Assembly: GCA_916720745.1 (NCBI GenBank)
Contig: CAKARX010000001.1
Span: 1 to 59,979, forward strand
Direction: 5' to 3'
DNA from: an uncultured Atopobium sp.
GTDB taxonomy: Bacteria; Actinomycetota; Coriobacteriia; Coriobacteriales; Atopobiaceae
DNA: 59,979 bases
This document shows positions 35,953 through 45,545 of this stretch, in pieces. Below the pieces are notes generated by a model, which searched no databases, was not told the origin of the DNA, and was given only the letters and a program-made list of their open reading frames with translations. How positions within the stretch are numbered: the stretch's first letter is position 1; each line of letters starts with the position of its first letter. Both the position numbers and the translations under genes were made by a program.

Positions 35953-37419
35953 TTACTGAGCTGCAGGTCCCTCAGGATTCTGAGTTGGTGCATCTACTGG
36001 AGCAGCTGGTGCCTCAGGAGCCTCTGGAGCTGTTGGGATAATTGGCTCAACAACAACAGTTGAAGCTGGTGCAGGCTCTGGAGCTGCAGGAGCAACAGGT
36101 GCCTCAGGAGCTACAGGTGCTGCTGGCGCAACAGGTGCGACAGGAGCTGCTGGTGCTGCTGGAGCGACAGGCGCTGCTGGAGCAGCAGGTGCAGCAGGAG
36201 CCGCAGGTGCGACTGGCGCAGCTGGAGCAACTGGTGCCGCAGGAGCAACTGGAGCCGCGGGTGCTGCTGGTGCTGCTGGTGCTGCAACAGGCTCAGCAGG
36301 AGCTGGGGTAGCAACTGGGGCTGCAGGTGCTGCAACAGGCTCAGCAGGAGCTGGGGTAGCAACTGGGGCTGCAGGTGCAACTGGAGCTGGAGCAGCAACT
36401 GGGGCAGCAGGAGCTGCTGGAGCTGCGGGAGCAGTAGCTGCTGGTGCAGGTGCTGCTGGTGCAGGTGCTGCGACAGGAACAGCAACAGGCGCTACTGCAG
36501 GAGCAGCGGTTGCTGCTGGTGCGGTTGGAGCAACAGGTGCTGGGGCAGCATAGGTAGCAGCTGCGCCATCACGTGGATCGTTAATAAATGGTGGCAGTGG
36601 ATCGTTGCTCTGTCCCCATGCAGGAACGTTGAACTGACGCATCCAAAGGGCAATTGCGTTCTGCATAAGAAGCATAACGATAAGACCGACAACGTGGCCA
36701 ATATAGCCAATAACCAGGAAGATTGGTCCCATCTGAATAAAGCCGCGTGCAAGAAGAGCAAGCATGACAAGACCAAGCTGGTTCTGGTTGGAAATATTCT
36801 GAGTTCTTGCAATGGCCATAGCCTGAGCACCAATGTTAACGATCATGCTGATTGCAGCGCTGCCGCCGATGATACCCATAATAATTGAGGTAACAATACC
36901 AAGTACAATGCCCATACCAAAGATACGGAACAGACCGCCCATATCATGCTTAATCATCTCGAAGATGTTCTTAAAAGCAAAACCAGCGGAGATGCGGCCA
37001 TAAACTGATGCACGAACCTGAACAACATTAATGAACAGTGGATACACAAATGCTGCAACAATGAAGACTGGAATAAGAATCAGATTGATGACTGGAATAA
37101 AAGTAAGAATTCCAGTAGCAATGCTGTATGCCAGACCAAACGCAAGTGCAATGACAACTGCCTTGAAGCCGGTAACAATATAGGTACCAAACTTAAGATC
37201 TTTTTGCTTTGGACCAGCGTTGATACCCCATGCAGTTACGCGTGCAGTCTCAAGTGCATAGCCAACAAGTGCAAGAATTCCGACAACTGGAATAAGACCA
37301 AACAGAGCCATAATAAGGACAGGCTTCCACCAACCCTTTTCCAGAGTCAGAAGTGCCCAGGAGCGTGCAAAATAGCGATCGCGCCTGTAGCCATTCAACT
37401 CATCTGCTGAAACAGCCAT
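35953..37419 (-). CDS. DUF4013-like membrane protein with ~200-aa Ala/Pro-rich C-terminal tail
   Basis: LIPVVGILALVGY and GFKAVVI pattern typical of DUF4013, followed by (APA/APV)n. Confidence 0.72.
   Translation of the reverse strand: MAVSADELNGYRRDRYFARSWALLTLEKGWWKPVLIMALFGLIPVVGILALVGYALETARVTAWGINAGPKQKDLKFGTYIVTGFKAVVIALAFGLAYSIATGILTFIPVINLILIPVFIVAAFVYPLFINVVQVRASVYGRISAGFAFKNIFEMIKHDMGGLFRIFGMGIVLGIVTSIIMGIIGGSAAISMIVNIGAQAMAIARTQNISNQNQLGLVMLALLARGFIQMGPIFLVIGYIGHVVGLIVMLLMQNAIALWMRQFNVPAWGQSNDPLPPFINDPRDGAAATYAAPAPVAPTAPAATAAPAVAPVAVPVAAPAPAAPAPAATAPAAPAAPAAPVAAPAPVAPAAPVATPAPAEPVAAPAAPVATPAPAEPVAAPAAPAAPAAPVAPAAPVAPAAPVAPAAPAAPAAPAAPVAPAAPAAPVAPVAPAAPVAPEAPVAPAAPEPAPASTVVVEPIIPTAPEAPEAPAAPVDAPTQNPEGPAAQ
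36278..36373. repeat. Perfect 48-bp tandem duplication inside the Ala/Pro tail
   Basis: GGTGCTGCAACAGGCTCAGCAGGAGCTGGGGTAGCAACTGGGGCTGCA at 36278 and 36326. Confidence 0.85.
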
Positions 37420-37538
37420 TTAACTCTCCCCTCGTGTCAAAAATAATGACATCGAATTACTAAGCCTAAACATTCTATATAAAAACGAGAAATAAATATA
37501 TCTTTTTTAGTAGCAATTAATCAAACAAAAATGTTAAA

Positions 37539-37629
37539 TGGCGGAGGAGGAGGGATTCGAACCCTCGTACCCCTAGAAGGGGTAAACGGTTTTCGAGACC
37601 GCCGCATTCAACCACTCTGCCACCCCTCC
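37539..37629 (-). tRNA. tRNA-Ser(CGA)
   Basis: Cloverleaf with long variable arm; anticodon loop CT-CGA-AA; GGTTCGAATCC; encoded CCA. Confidence 0.95.
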
Positions 37630-37667
37630 GAAGGGTGAAACGGCGCCCGTAGGCGCCGTGAAAATTC

Positions 37668-37758
37668 TGGCGGAGAGTCAGGGATTTGAACCCTGGAGAC
37701 GCTTTAGACGCCTACACGATTTCCAATCGTGCTCCTTCGGCCACTCGGACAACTCTCC
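37668..37758 (-). tRNA. tRNA-Ser(GGA)
   Basis: GGAGAGTTGTCCGAGTGG...TT-GGA-AA...GGTTCAAATCC...CCA, with long variable arm. Confidence 0.95.
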
Positions 37759-37884
37759 ATATAAAACCGCACGGGACAGTATAGCGGATTTCTCACCAAT
37801 ATAGGACGAGAAGTTCTGTGTATTTTTAATACTTGTGTAGTATTGTCATACTCATAAAAAGTAAAACACCAGTAGGAGGTATGG

Positions 37885-38628
37885 ATGCCACCGTTTTTCT
37901 CGCCTTATGGCACAGATGCAATTTCTGTGGGCATCCCCTACTGGCTGGACCTTCTAACAGTAATTATTGGTGCAATCTCGGGAATCTTGGTTGCAAGAGA
38001 TCGTCACTTAGACCTTGTGGGTTTTGTGGGCCTCGGTCTTTTAGGCGGCCTGGGCGGCGGACTTATTAGAGACGTCATGATGCAAGAGGGTGGCGTCTAC
38101 ATGCTTAACTCGCCGTACGCCATTCCAGCGGCAGTATTTACCGCCGTTTTGCTGTTTATGTTTCCCGAGCCGCTTGGTAGATTTCCGCGCATGCTTGAGT
38201 GGACCGACATTATCTCTGTTGGCCTCTTTGCCGTTGTTGGTACCGATAAAGCCCTGGTATATCACCTTCTCCCCTTCTCGGTTATTCTGATGGGAAGCAT
38301 CACAGGTGTTGGCGGCGGTATGCTTCGCGATGTCTTTCTTGGCGATATTCCTCGCATTTTCCAACGAAGCAATCTCTACGCATTTTGCGCGGTTGCTGGC
38401 GCAACCTCCTATTGGGCTCTTGTTTCTTATGCGGGCGTCACCAAAATTTGGGCAGCTGTTATCTGTGTCGTGGTTACCGTTGGCCTCAGGCGCTGGTCGC
38501 TCAAATACAACGTGCTTTCACCTGCAGATGTTGACCTTACGCCACACGTCATGCGCAGCGTCAACAAACTGCGTCACAAGACACAAAAGCCAGGCAAACA
38601 GCCTGAGCAGAACACTCCATCAAAGTAG
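37885..38628 (+). CDS. Trimeric intracellular cation channel (TRIC/UPF0126) family protein
   Basis: Duplicated GGGLIRD / GGGMLRD motifs; AGGAGG RBS. Confidence 0.88.
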   Translation: MPPFFSPYGTDAISVGIPYWLDLLTVIIGAISGILVARDRHLDLVGFVGLGLLGGLGGGLIRDVMMQEGGVYMLNSPYAIPAAVFTAVLLFMFPEPLGRFPRMLEWTDIISVGLFAVVGTDKALVYHLLPFSVILMGSITGVGGGMLRDVFLGDIPRIFQRSNLYAFCAVAGATSYWALVSYAGVTKIWAAVICVVVTVGLRRWSLKYNVLSPADVDLTPHVMRSVNKLRHKTQKPGKQPEQNTPSK

Positions 38629-38724
38629 CGCCTAGCCGCAATCAGACGGTTTTGGCGGTTTTGGGCGTTTAACGTCAACCGCACACGCCGTTTACCTGCA
38701 CTTTATTTAAAATTCACCTAAAAC

Positions 38725-38770
38725 AAAACTGGCGAGAAACCCTTGCAGCTGCAAGTTTTTCTCGCCAGAT
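38725..38770 (-). terminator. Intrinsic terminator of typA
   Basis: CTGGCGAGAAA / TTTCTCGCCAG stem. Confidence 0.7.
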
Positions 38771-38792
38771 TGGTTATCTGTAAACGACGCTG

Positions 38793-40631
38793 TTACTTCT
38801 TGACCATACCGTTACGAACTGCCCACTTACGGCGTTCGGTCTCGGAGAGAATACGCTTACGCATGCGGATGTTTTGTGGCGTGATCTCAACAAGCTCGTC
38901 GTCCATGATGTACTCCAGAGCCTCTTCCAGCGTAAACAGGCGTGGAGGAGTCAGCTGAACTGAAATATCTGCAGTTGAAGACCTCTGGTTGCCCAAAGAC
39001 TTGGTGCGTGCAATGTTAACAACCATGTCGCCTGGCCTTGAACGCTCGCCAACCAGCATGCCCTCGTAGCACTCAACACCTGGAGCAACAAAGAGCTGAC
39101 CGCGCTCCTGAAGCGTACCAAGTGCGTACGCAACGGCCTTCTCGGTAGACATAGAAATCATGGCGCCATTCTGGCGGCTACCAATATCGCCTGCAAAAGG
39201 ACCGTACTCGAGGAAGGTGTGGTAGAAGACTGCGTCTCCGTGGGTGACGTTCATGACGCGCGTCTTAAGACCCATGATGCCACGGGTTGGAATCTTAAAC
39301 TCAAGGTGCGTTTGAGTCTCGCCAGTGTCCATGATGGACATGGTGCCACCCACGTTACCAAAGACCTCAATAACCTTGCCAGCATACTCTGGATTGCACT
39401 CAACAACAGCCTGCTCAATAGGCTCAAGTGTGTGGCCCTGAGCGTCTTTCTTGAACAGAACGCGAGGACGACCAACCTGGAATTCAAAGCCTTCGCGGCG
39501 CATGCTCTCCATAAGAACGGAGAGGTGCAAAATACCACGACCAGAAACCTCAATACCCGTCTTATCAGGAAGCTCCTCGATGCGCATGGTGACGTTATTC
39601 TCGCGCTCTGTCATCAGGCGCTCTTTAAGCTGACGGCCACCAACAATGTCTCCCTCACGGCCAACAAGTGGCGAGGTAGAGGGCTCAAAAATAATGGAAA
39701 GAGTTGGTGGATCAATCTCAATTGGATCCAGCTCAACAGGGTTCTCTGGGTCAGTGTAGACGTCACCAATATCAGTGTTATCAACGCCAACGATTGCCGC
39801 AATATCACCTGCGTCAACCTCGCTGCACTCCTTACGGCCAAGGTAGTCAAAGGTGAACAGCTGCTTGACCTGGCTCATAGCGCGGGAACCATCATTTTTG
39901 ACAACAAGAATCTTGTCGCCAGTATGAACAGTTCCGGAATAGACACGGCCAATACCAATGCGGCCCAGGTAGTCTGAGTGATCGATGGTGACGCACTGCA
40001 TAGCAAGAGGTCCGTCAATATCAACATCTGGAGCTGGAAGGCCGTCGATAATCATGTCGAGAAGAGGGAACATGTTGTCATTGTCATCATTTGGATCAAG
40101 GCGAGCGTAGCCGTTAACACCAGAAGCAAAGATAACGTGCTCCATGGTGAACTCAAGCTGCTCATCGGTTGCACCAAGGTCCATCATAAGATCAAGAGAA
40201 TCGTTGACAACAGCCTCTGGGCGAGCACCGTCGCGGTCAATCTTGTTGACAACCATCATGATAGAAAGACCTGCGTCAATGGCGTGGCGCAGAACAAAGC
40301 GCGTCTGTGGCATAGGGCCCTCAGCTGCATCAACCAAGAGAAGCGCACCGTCAGCCATCTTCAAAACGCGTTCTACCTCGCCACCGAAGTCAGCGTGGCC
40401 AGGGGTATCAATAACGTTAATCTTGACGCCCTTGTACTCAATAGAGATGTTCTTTGCCAGAATGGTAATTCCGCGCTCACGCTCCTGATCATTGGAGTCC
40501 AGAATTCTCTCTTGAACCTGCTGGTTCTCGCGGAATGCATCGGTTGCCTTAAGCATCTGGTCAACCATGGTGGTTTTACCGTGGTCAACGTGGGCGATGA
40601 TAGCAATATTTCTGATGTTGTCTTGACGCAT
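38793..40631 (-). CDS. typA: Translational GTPase TypA/BipA
   Basis: AHVDHGKTT, ERERGITI, DTPGHADFGGEVER, NKID, GRGILHL and DELVEITP. Confidence 0.96.
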   Translation of the reverse strand: MRQDNIRNIAIIAHVDHGKTTMVDQMLKATDAFRENQQVQERILDSNDQERERGITILAKNISIEYKGVKINVIDTPGHADFGGEVERVLKMADGALLLVDAAEGPMPQTRFVLRHAIDAGLSIMMVVNKIDRDGARPEAVVNDSLDLMMDLGATDEQLEFTMEHVIFASGVNGYARLDPNDDNDNMFPLLDMIIDGLPAPDVDIDGPLAMQCVTIDHSDYLGRIGIGRVYSGTVHTGDKILVVKNDGSRAMSQVKQLFTFDYLGRKECSEVDAGDIAAIVGVDNTDIGDVYTDPENPVELDPIEIDPPTLSIIFEPSTSPLVGREGDIVGGRQLKERLMTERENNVTMRIEELPDKTGIEVSGRGILHLSVLMESMRREGFEFQVGRPRVLFKKDAQGHTLEPIEQAVVECNPEYAGKVIEVFGNVGGTMSIMDTGETQTHLEFKIPTRGIMGLKTRVMNVTHGDAVFYHTFLEYGPFAGDIGSRQNGAMISMSTEKAVAYALGTLQERGQLFVAPGVECYEGMLVGERSRPGDMVVNIARTKSLGNQRSSTADISVQLTPPRLFTLEEALEYIMDDELVEITPQNIRMRKRILSETERRKWAVRNGMVKK

Positions 40632-40759
40632 AAGTCTCTATCTCTCGAAGGTATGTGCTTAGACTTGAATAGTTCAGGTCCAATTTTTATCAGCTTTAGA
40701 ACTTTAGTGCAATTACGTGCCTAGAGCGCCCAGAAATTTCAATGAACGCAGCTTTTTCA

Positions 40760-41218
40760 TTACAGAAGTGGCTCAAGCTCCCCTGCTGGAGCGGGATCAG
40801 ACCACACAAACTGGTCACCTTGGCCTTTTCCGTGAACTAAAGAATATGCCGAGAAACTCTTATAGCCCTTCTCGCCAAACTCAAGAAGCACAGCATCCTC
40901 GTAACCGCCCTCTTTGAGCAGCTGGATGGCTCCCTCATATACAAGCGCATAGCGAACAGGCTCTTCGAGCCCTGCTTCTTTATCGCCCTTCTGTTTTGCC
41001 AGGTCAAGCACGCGCTTATGAGCCCCCTCAAGCAGCTCCTCTGGGCCGTCATCAGAGAACTCATAGCTTGCAACCGTGCCTGACGCGTCCTCAACTACAA
41101 GCAAAACGTTGAGTGATTGGCCATCTGCAAGCAGGTCAAACGCATCTCCAAGCAGCTCAGTTGAGAGCATATCAAGCTCGGGAGAAACTCCATCTTTGCG
41201 CTCGTCGTTTTCGGCCAT
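40760..41218 (-). CDS. Hypothetical acidic protein
   Basis: 152-aa ORF with AAGGAG RBS; no family recognised. Confidence 0.7.
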   Translation of the reverse strand: MAENDERKDGVSPELDMLSTELLGDAFDLLADGQSLNVLLVVEDASGTVASYEFSDDGPEELLEGAHKRVLDLAKQKGDKEAGLEEPVRYALVYEGAIQLLKEGGYEDAVLLEFGEKGYKSFSAYSLVHGKGQGDQFVWSDPAPAGELEPLL

Positions 41219-41270
41219 GCCGCTCCTTAGCGTCGTTTTTGTAACTATTGTTCTCTATGATACATCGCAC

Positions 41271-41306
41271 AAGAAAAGAGGTCGAAAGCAAAAAGCCTTC
41301 GACCTC
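41271..41306 (-). terminator. Intrinsic terminator after the GatZ-family gene
   Basis: GAGGTCGAA / TTCGACCTC stem with AAGAAAA on the left. Confidence 0.7.
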
Positions 41307-41387
41307 CTAGGTTTGTCAGCTATCTGTCCAAAATTGGACAGCAAGGGCATTACAACGGCAAAACGCTGTGTCTGAAAGCACGAGTAC

Positions 41388-42668
41388 TTACTCTGCCAGT
41401 GCCTCACGGATGCGCGTAGTAACTCCCTCAAGCCTATAGCACTCAACATACTGGCGAAGAGGACGTTTGATGTGATCGACAACAAAGCGCTGGCCATCAA
41501 TATTGAACTGAGCAAGGTTCTTGTACAGGTGCTCGGTTGCGGCCTTGACCTCGTCATCATTGAATGCGTAATGACCAGAAATATCAAGAATATCCAGCGA
41601 CAGTTTGTGATCAGCAAGAATCTGCTCAACAGTCAGATTAACCTGATCGCCAACCATCCACTTGCGCCAACGCTCAGTCTCAATTGCCTTGACCAACAGG
41701 GTGTTTCTCAAGCCAGAGACCTCGTCTGCCTTCAGGAGACCTTCTTTAACCAGAAGATCCTCTACATCGCAAAGCTTCAAATATGCGCGAGTCTCCTCTG
41801 TTCCGTACTGTGGAGCTACGTTTGAAGCGGTTACATTTGCAGGAGTGTGCTCAAGCAGCGTCACGTCATCAAGGTAGTCTGCGTTGTGCTCCTTAAGACC
41901 AACACCGTAGCTCTTGGCCATCTCGGCAAGGCTAATAGCAGCCTCAAAATCGTAGTGACCAACCTGCTCAGTAAGGCGCGTAAGTGTTCCTGTCTGTCCA
42001 ACAATAAAGGTTGGCATAGGCAGACCCTTAGCGGTCAGCTCGCTCTTAAGCTGTTCAATGAAGGTGTGATACTTGTCGGTAGAGGTCAAGCCACCATTTG
42101 TTTCCTCGGTACCAACCTCATAGCCAATCTCAGGAAGACCGCGAGAAACACGTTCCTTCTCGCACCATTCAATTAAATCAACCGTACGGCGAAGAACCAC
42201 ATCAAGCGGAATAACCTTGCCAATCTCAAAAGGATCCTTTGTTGGGTCAATCATCAGCAGGTCAAAGCCGTTAAGCATGTCGGCAAGATAGGACTTCTTG
42301 GCAAGCTCCATAGCCTCATCTTCTGGAAGGTGGGCGTTGCGCTCCTCATCGCGCTGCCAAGGACCGCCGTGGTCACGGCAGAGATAATACAGGCCGTCAA
42401 AACCAACCTTCTGAGCTGCTTCAGCAATATCTTCCGAGAAACGCTTCTGATCCCAAGAATTTACGTATCCTCCACCAAGTTCATCAAGATCAACCTGGTT
42501 TCGAGATGCAATAAACATCAGAGGAAAATCGCAGTCCCTACCAAGTTCAAAAGCTGCCTGGAGCAGGTTTGGCGACATTGGTCCAATTCCTAACAGCGTG
42601 GCGGACCTTCCTGTGTCCTGAAGCTTAAGCAGTCCTTCAACAGCTTTTTTAATTGGTAGCTTTTCCAT
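41388..42668 (-). CDS. GatZ/KbaZ-family protein (tagatose-bisphosphate aldolase non-catalytic subunit / hexose-6-phosphate 4-epimerase family)
   Basis: ASRNQVD..GGY, RDHGGPW, YEVGTEE, VGQTG, KEHNADY and NVAP motifs. Confidence 0.82.
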   Translation of the reverse strand: MEKLPIKKAVEGLLKLQDTGRSATLLGIGPMSPNLLQAAFELGRDCDFPLMFIASRNQVDLDELGGGYVNSWDQKRFSEDIAEAAQKVGFDGLYYLCRDHGGPWQRDEERNAHLPEDEAMELAKKSYLADMLNGFDLLMIDPTKDPFEIGKVIPLDVVLRRTVDLIEWCEKERVSRGLPEIGYEVGTEETNGGLTSTDKYHTFIEQLKSELTAKGLPMPTFIVGQTGTLTRLTEQVGHYDFEAAISLAEMAKSYGVGLKEHNADYLDDVTLLEHTPANVTASNVAPQYGTEETRAYLKLCDVEDLLVKEGLLKADEVSGLRNTLLVKAIETERWRKWMVGDQVNLTVEQILADHKLSLDILDISGHYAFNDDEVKAATEHLYKNLAQFNIDGQRFVVDHIKRPLRQYVECYRLEGVTTRIREALAE

Positions 42669-42705
42669 AATTACCCCTTCCCAAGAGTGTTTCTTGGTAA
42701 TAAGA

Positions 42706-42736
42706 AGGGCGTGGGGGTTGAATCCCTACGCCCCTC
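42706..42736 (-). terminator. Stem-loop (possible terminator) between PTS IIC and the GatZ-family gene
   Basis: GGGCGTAGGG / CCCCACGCCC on the minus strand followed by TTCTTATT. Confidence 0.55.
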
Positions 42737-42797
42737 TCCTTTTAACTTCAATTTTTAAGGTCTAAGACCAAAAGGTACATGCGTTTCTCACCGTGTG

Positions 42798-43868
42798 TTA
42801 CTTGTTGTCCTCAAGCTTTGGCTTGGTAAGAACAAGAATTGCAACGCCTACTGCAACGCCAATTGCCATATCAAGGGTGTAGAGGGCAATGTTGTTTGTA
42901 GCAGCAGCAACAATCATGCCACCGTGAGGAACAAAGCACTCAATACCGTGCCAAGCAGCAAGACCAGCACCAACTGCAGAACCAATCATGATTGCAGGAA
43001 GGGTGTGTGCAAGATCCTTAACAGCAAAGGGGATTGCGCCCTCAGTAATACCAATGAGTCCCATGAAGACTGCAGAGATACCCATCTGCCTATCAGTGTC
43101 GTCAAACTTGCTGCGAGCAATAAGGGATGCAACACCGCAGACCAGTGGAGGAATAGCAACTGCGACACGGAATGCACCGTTAGGACCATAGACACCTGCG
43201 GTCATAAGAGCCATGGTGAAGGTAGAAGCAGTCTTGTTAACTGGGCCACCCATATCAAATGCGGTCATCAGGCCAATTACAATGCCAAGCACAACTGCAG
43301 AGCCACCCTGAAGGCTTGAAAGCAGGCTTGTCAGCCAGTCCATGAAGGCGCCAAGTGGAGCTGCCAAAACATAGATGTAAAGCATGCCAAGAGCCAGTGA
43401 GGACAAACTTGGAATGATCAGAATTGGCATGATGGTGCGGATGGTGTTATTGACCTTCCAGCTCTTCATCCACTGGACAAGGTAGCCAGCAGCAACGCCA
43501 AGAACCATTGCGCCCAAGAAGCCAGTAGAAACCTGAACCTCGCCTACAGGAACAGGATTGCTTGCCAGGTAACCAAGGACAAAACCAGGTGCCAGAGCAG
43601 GCTTTCCGCCCAAAGAATAGGCAATGTAAGCAGCAAGGACAGGGATCATCATCTTGATGCCGGCCATACCAATAAGGTTAAGGCTCTGCATCAAAGGATT
43701 GGTGACTTCAATACCGTCTTTTCCTGCGGTTCCTGTAGCTAGCGAGAAAGCCAAGAAGACTCCGCCAACTACGACAATAGGAATAAAGTACGAAACACCA
43801 GTGTTAAACGCCTTTAGAAGGTCTTTTCCGACCTTGCCCAAAACTGAGGGACTCTTTTCCTCTGCCAT
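42798..43868 (-). CDS. PTS fructose-family EIIC
   Basis: TGVSYFIP, KPALAPG, DMGGPVNK, GITEGAIPF and PHGG. Confidence 0.92.
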   Translation of the reverse strand: MAEEKSPSVLGKVGKDLLKAFNTGVSYFIPIVVVGGVFLAFSLATGTAGKDGIEVTNPLMQSLNLIGMAGIKMMIPVLAAYIAYSLGGKPALAPGFVLGYLASNPVPVGEVQVSTGFLGAMVLGVAAGYLVQWMKSWKVNNTIRTIMPILIIPSLSSLALGMLYIYVLAAPLGAFMDWLTSLLSSLQGGSAVVLGIVIGLMTAFDMGGPVNKTASTFTMALMTAGVYGPNGAFRVAVAIPPLVCGVASLIARSKFDDTDRQMGISAVFMGLIGITEGAIPFAVKDLAHTLPAIMIGSAVGAGLAAWHGIECFVPHGGMIVAAATNNIALYTLDMAIGVAVGVAILVLTKPKLEDNK

Positions 43869-43912
43869 GGGTTTCTCCTCTCTTCTTCCTTGCGTTATCA
43901 CTTACGCGCTTG

Positions 43913-44233
43913 CTACTCAGCCAGCGCAACTACCTGATCAATAACCTTTGCTGGATCTGCAATAGCAAGCGATGGATCCAGCGTAAGAACGCGACCCTCA
44001 TCGCGTTTCTCGTCAAAACGCTCGTCGCCTTCAATGCCAATTGCAATGGCGAGAAGAACAACGTCGGCAGCGTCAACTTCGTCCTGCTCAAGCTCGTTCT
44101 CAATACCGTAACCGCCCTGAGCCTCTACCTTGAATTCATAGCCGCGACGCTCACATTCTTTCTCGATGGCCTCTTTTGCCATCCAGGTGTGAGCAATTCC
44201 AACCGTGCAAGCGCATACAGCAACGACGTTCAT
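43913..44233 (-). CDS. PTS fructose-family EIIB
   Basis: ACTVGIAHTWMA phospho-Cys loop, KVEAQG and ADVVLLA. Confidence 0.92.
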   Translation of the reverse strand: MNVVAVCACTVGIAHTWMAKEAIEKECERRGYEFKVEAQGGYGIENELEQDEVDAADVVLLAIAIGIEGDERFDEKRDEGRVLTLDPSLAIADPAKVIDQVVALAE

Positions 44234-44394
44234 GGTTATGTCCTCTCGCAAAGTAAGTTGTGAGCCCCTAAGCGGGGCGCACGAGCACGTCTTTTGACGA
44301 CGTACGTTTCCAACTCATACTTTGCATTGTTTCAATCTTTTTTAAAAGAAGATTTCGGTAAACGTCTAATCTACCTTGTGTTATGATGAATTTT

Positions 44395-44408
44395 GTTAAA
44401 CGTTTAAC
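44395..44408. promoter_or_regulatory. LacI-type operator
   Basis: Perfect palindrome GTTAAACGTTTAAC with central CG between the divergent PTS and LacI genes; related GGTAAACGTCTAAT at 44357-44370. Confidence 0.72.
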
Positions 44409-44485
44409 CAACGTGGAATCCAGCAGAATCACTAACGTTGGTATTTTGCAAGTACATTGTAAGAATTTCGGTGAAATGAGTGCCA

Positions 44486-45484
44486 ATGTCTAAGACCACT
44501 ATCATTGACCTTGCAAAATTAGCAAATGTTTCCATTGCCACCGTTTCAAATTACCTTAATGGGCACTTTGAAAAGATGTCCGAAGCAACTAAGCAACGTA
44601 TCAAAAAAGCAATTGAAAATACGGGATATATTCCAAGTGCCCAGGCTCAAGCAATGGTTAAAAAGAGCTCTGGAATTATTGCTGTTCTCATATTGGACAA
44701 CACTAATGCCTGGGCTGCCCAAATGACCAACGGTATTGAAGACGCTGCTCTTGAAGCCGGATATCAGACAATTATTTGTAATTCTCGCTTTGACCCCACG
44801 CTTGAAGCCGACTGGGTTGAGAAAATGCTTTCAATTGGGGCAGATGGCATGCTCATCCAGCCCACCAATCAGTTTAGAGCGGTAGACAGGCGCATTGCTA
44901 AAGTTGGAAAACCGGTTGTTTATTTTGACTGCGACCTCATCACCCTTAATACTTCCTGGATAAAAAGTAACCTCTACGACGGAGTTTATTCAGCAGCGTC
45001 GCGCTGCGTCGAGCGTGGGTACGAGAACTTTTTAATCATTGGCGGAGAGCCAAAAGGTCGCACTAGGATTGAACGAGAGTCTGGCTTCACCGATGCTCTA
45101 GAGGCCTCAAGTAAACCTTATGAGCGTCTCACCATAGAGCAAAGCGCGTTGTCTATCCCTGAAATCACGCAATGGCTTAACAACCACATTCTTCCGTCAA
45201 AGAAAACGCTGGTATTTGTCCCAAATCAGTGGGCTCTTAAAAGTGTCTATAATGCCTTGCAATCCTACGAGACAGTGATTCCAAAGCAAGTTGGATTGTT
45301 GGGATTCAACAACACCGATTGGACTGACCTGCCCGTTAAAAGCATCTCAACCATTGTCGAGCCTGTCTACGAAGAGGGCTACGCCGCGTGCAAGATGCTC
45401 CTTAAAAGAATCAAGGACCCCTCGCTTGAGCCTGAACATAAGCTGCTCACCTGCAAACTAAACTGGCTCAAATCAACCATCTGA
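44486..45484 (+). CDS. LacI family transcriptional regulator
   Basis: TIIDLAKLANVSIATVSNYLNG HTH, GYIPS hinge and C-terminal sugar-binding domain. Confidence 0.93.
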   Translation: MSKTTIIDLAKLANVSIATVSNYLNGHFEKMSEATKQRIKKAIENTGYIPSAQAQAMVKKSSGIIAVLILDNTNAWAAQMTNGIEDAALEAGYQTIICNSRFDPTLEADWVEKMLSIGADGMLIQPTNQFRAVDRRIAKVGKPVVYFDCDLITLNTSWIKSNLYDGVYSAASRCVERGYENFLIIGGEPKGRTRIERESGFTDALEASSKPYERLTIEQSALSIPEITQWLNNHILPSKKTLVFVPNQWALKSVYNALQSYETVIPKQVGLLGFNNTDWTDLPVKSISTIVEPVYEEGYAACKMLLKRIKDPSLEPEHKLLTCKLNWLKSTI

Positions 45485-45520
45485 CAAAAATGGCGAGAAG
45501 ACCAACGGATCTTCTCACCA
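45485..45520. terminator. Terminator between the convergent LacI and ABC ATPase genes
   Basis: TGGCGAGAAGA / TCTTCTCACCA imperfect stem. Confidence 0.6.
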
Positions 45521-45545
45521 TACGTTACTGCTTTAACCAAAGCGC

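Noticed and set aside
36042..36485. Gln/Leu-rich ORFs
   Set aside because: Alternative frames of the Ala/Pro repeat.
37539..37758. Integrated element at the tRNA-Ser genes
   Set aside because: No integrase nearby and no duplicated tRNA 3' end seen.
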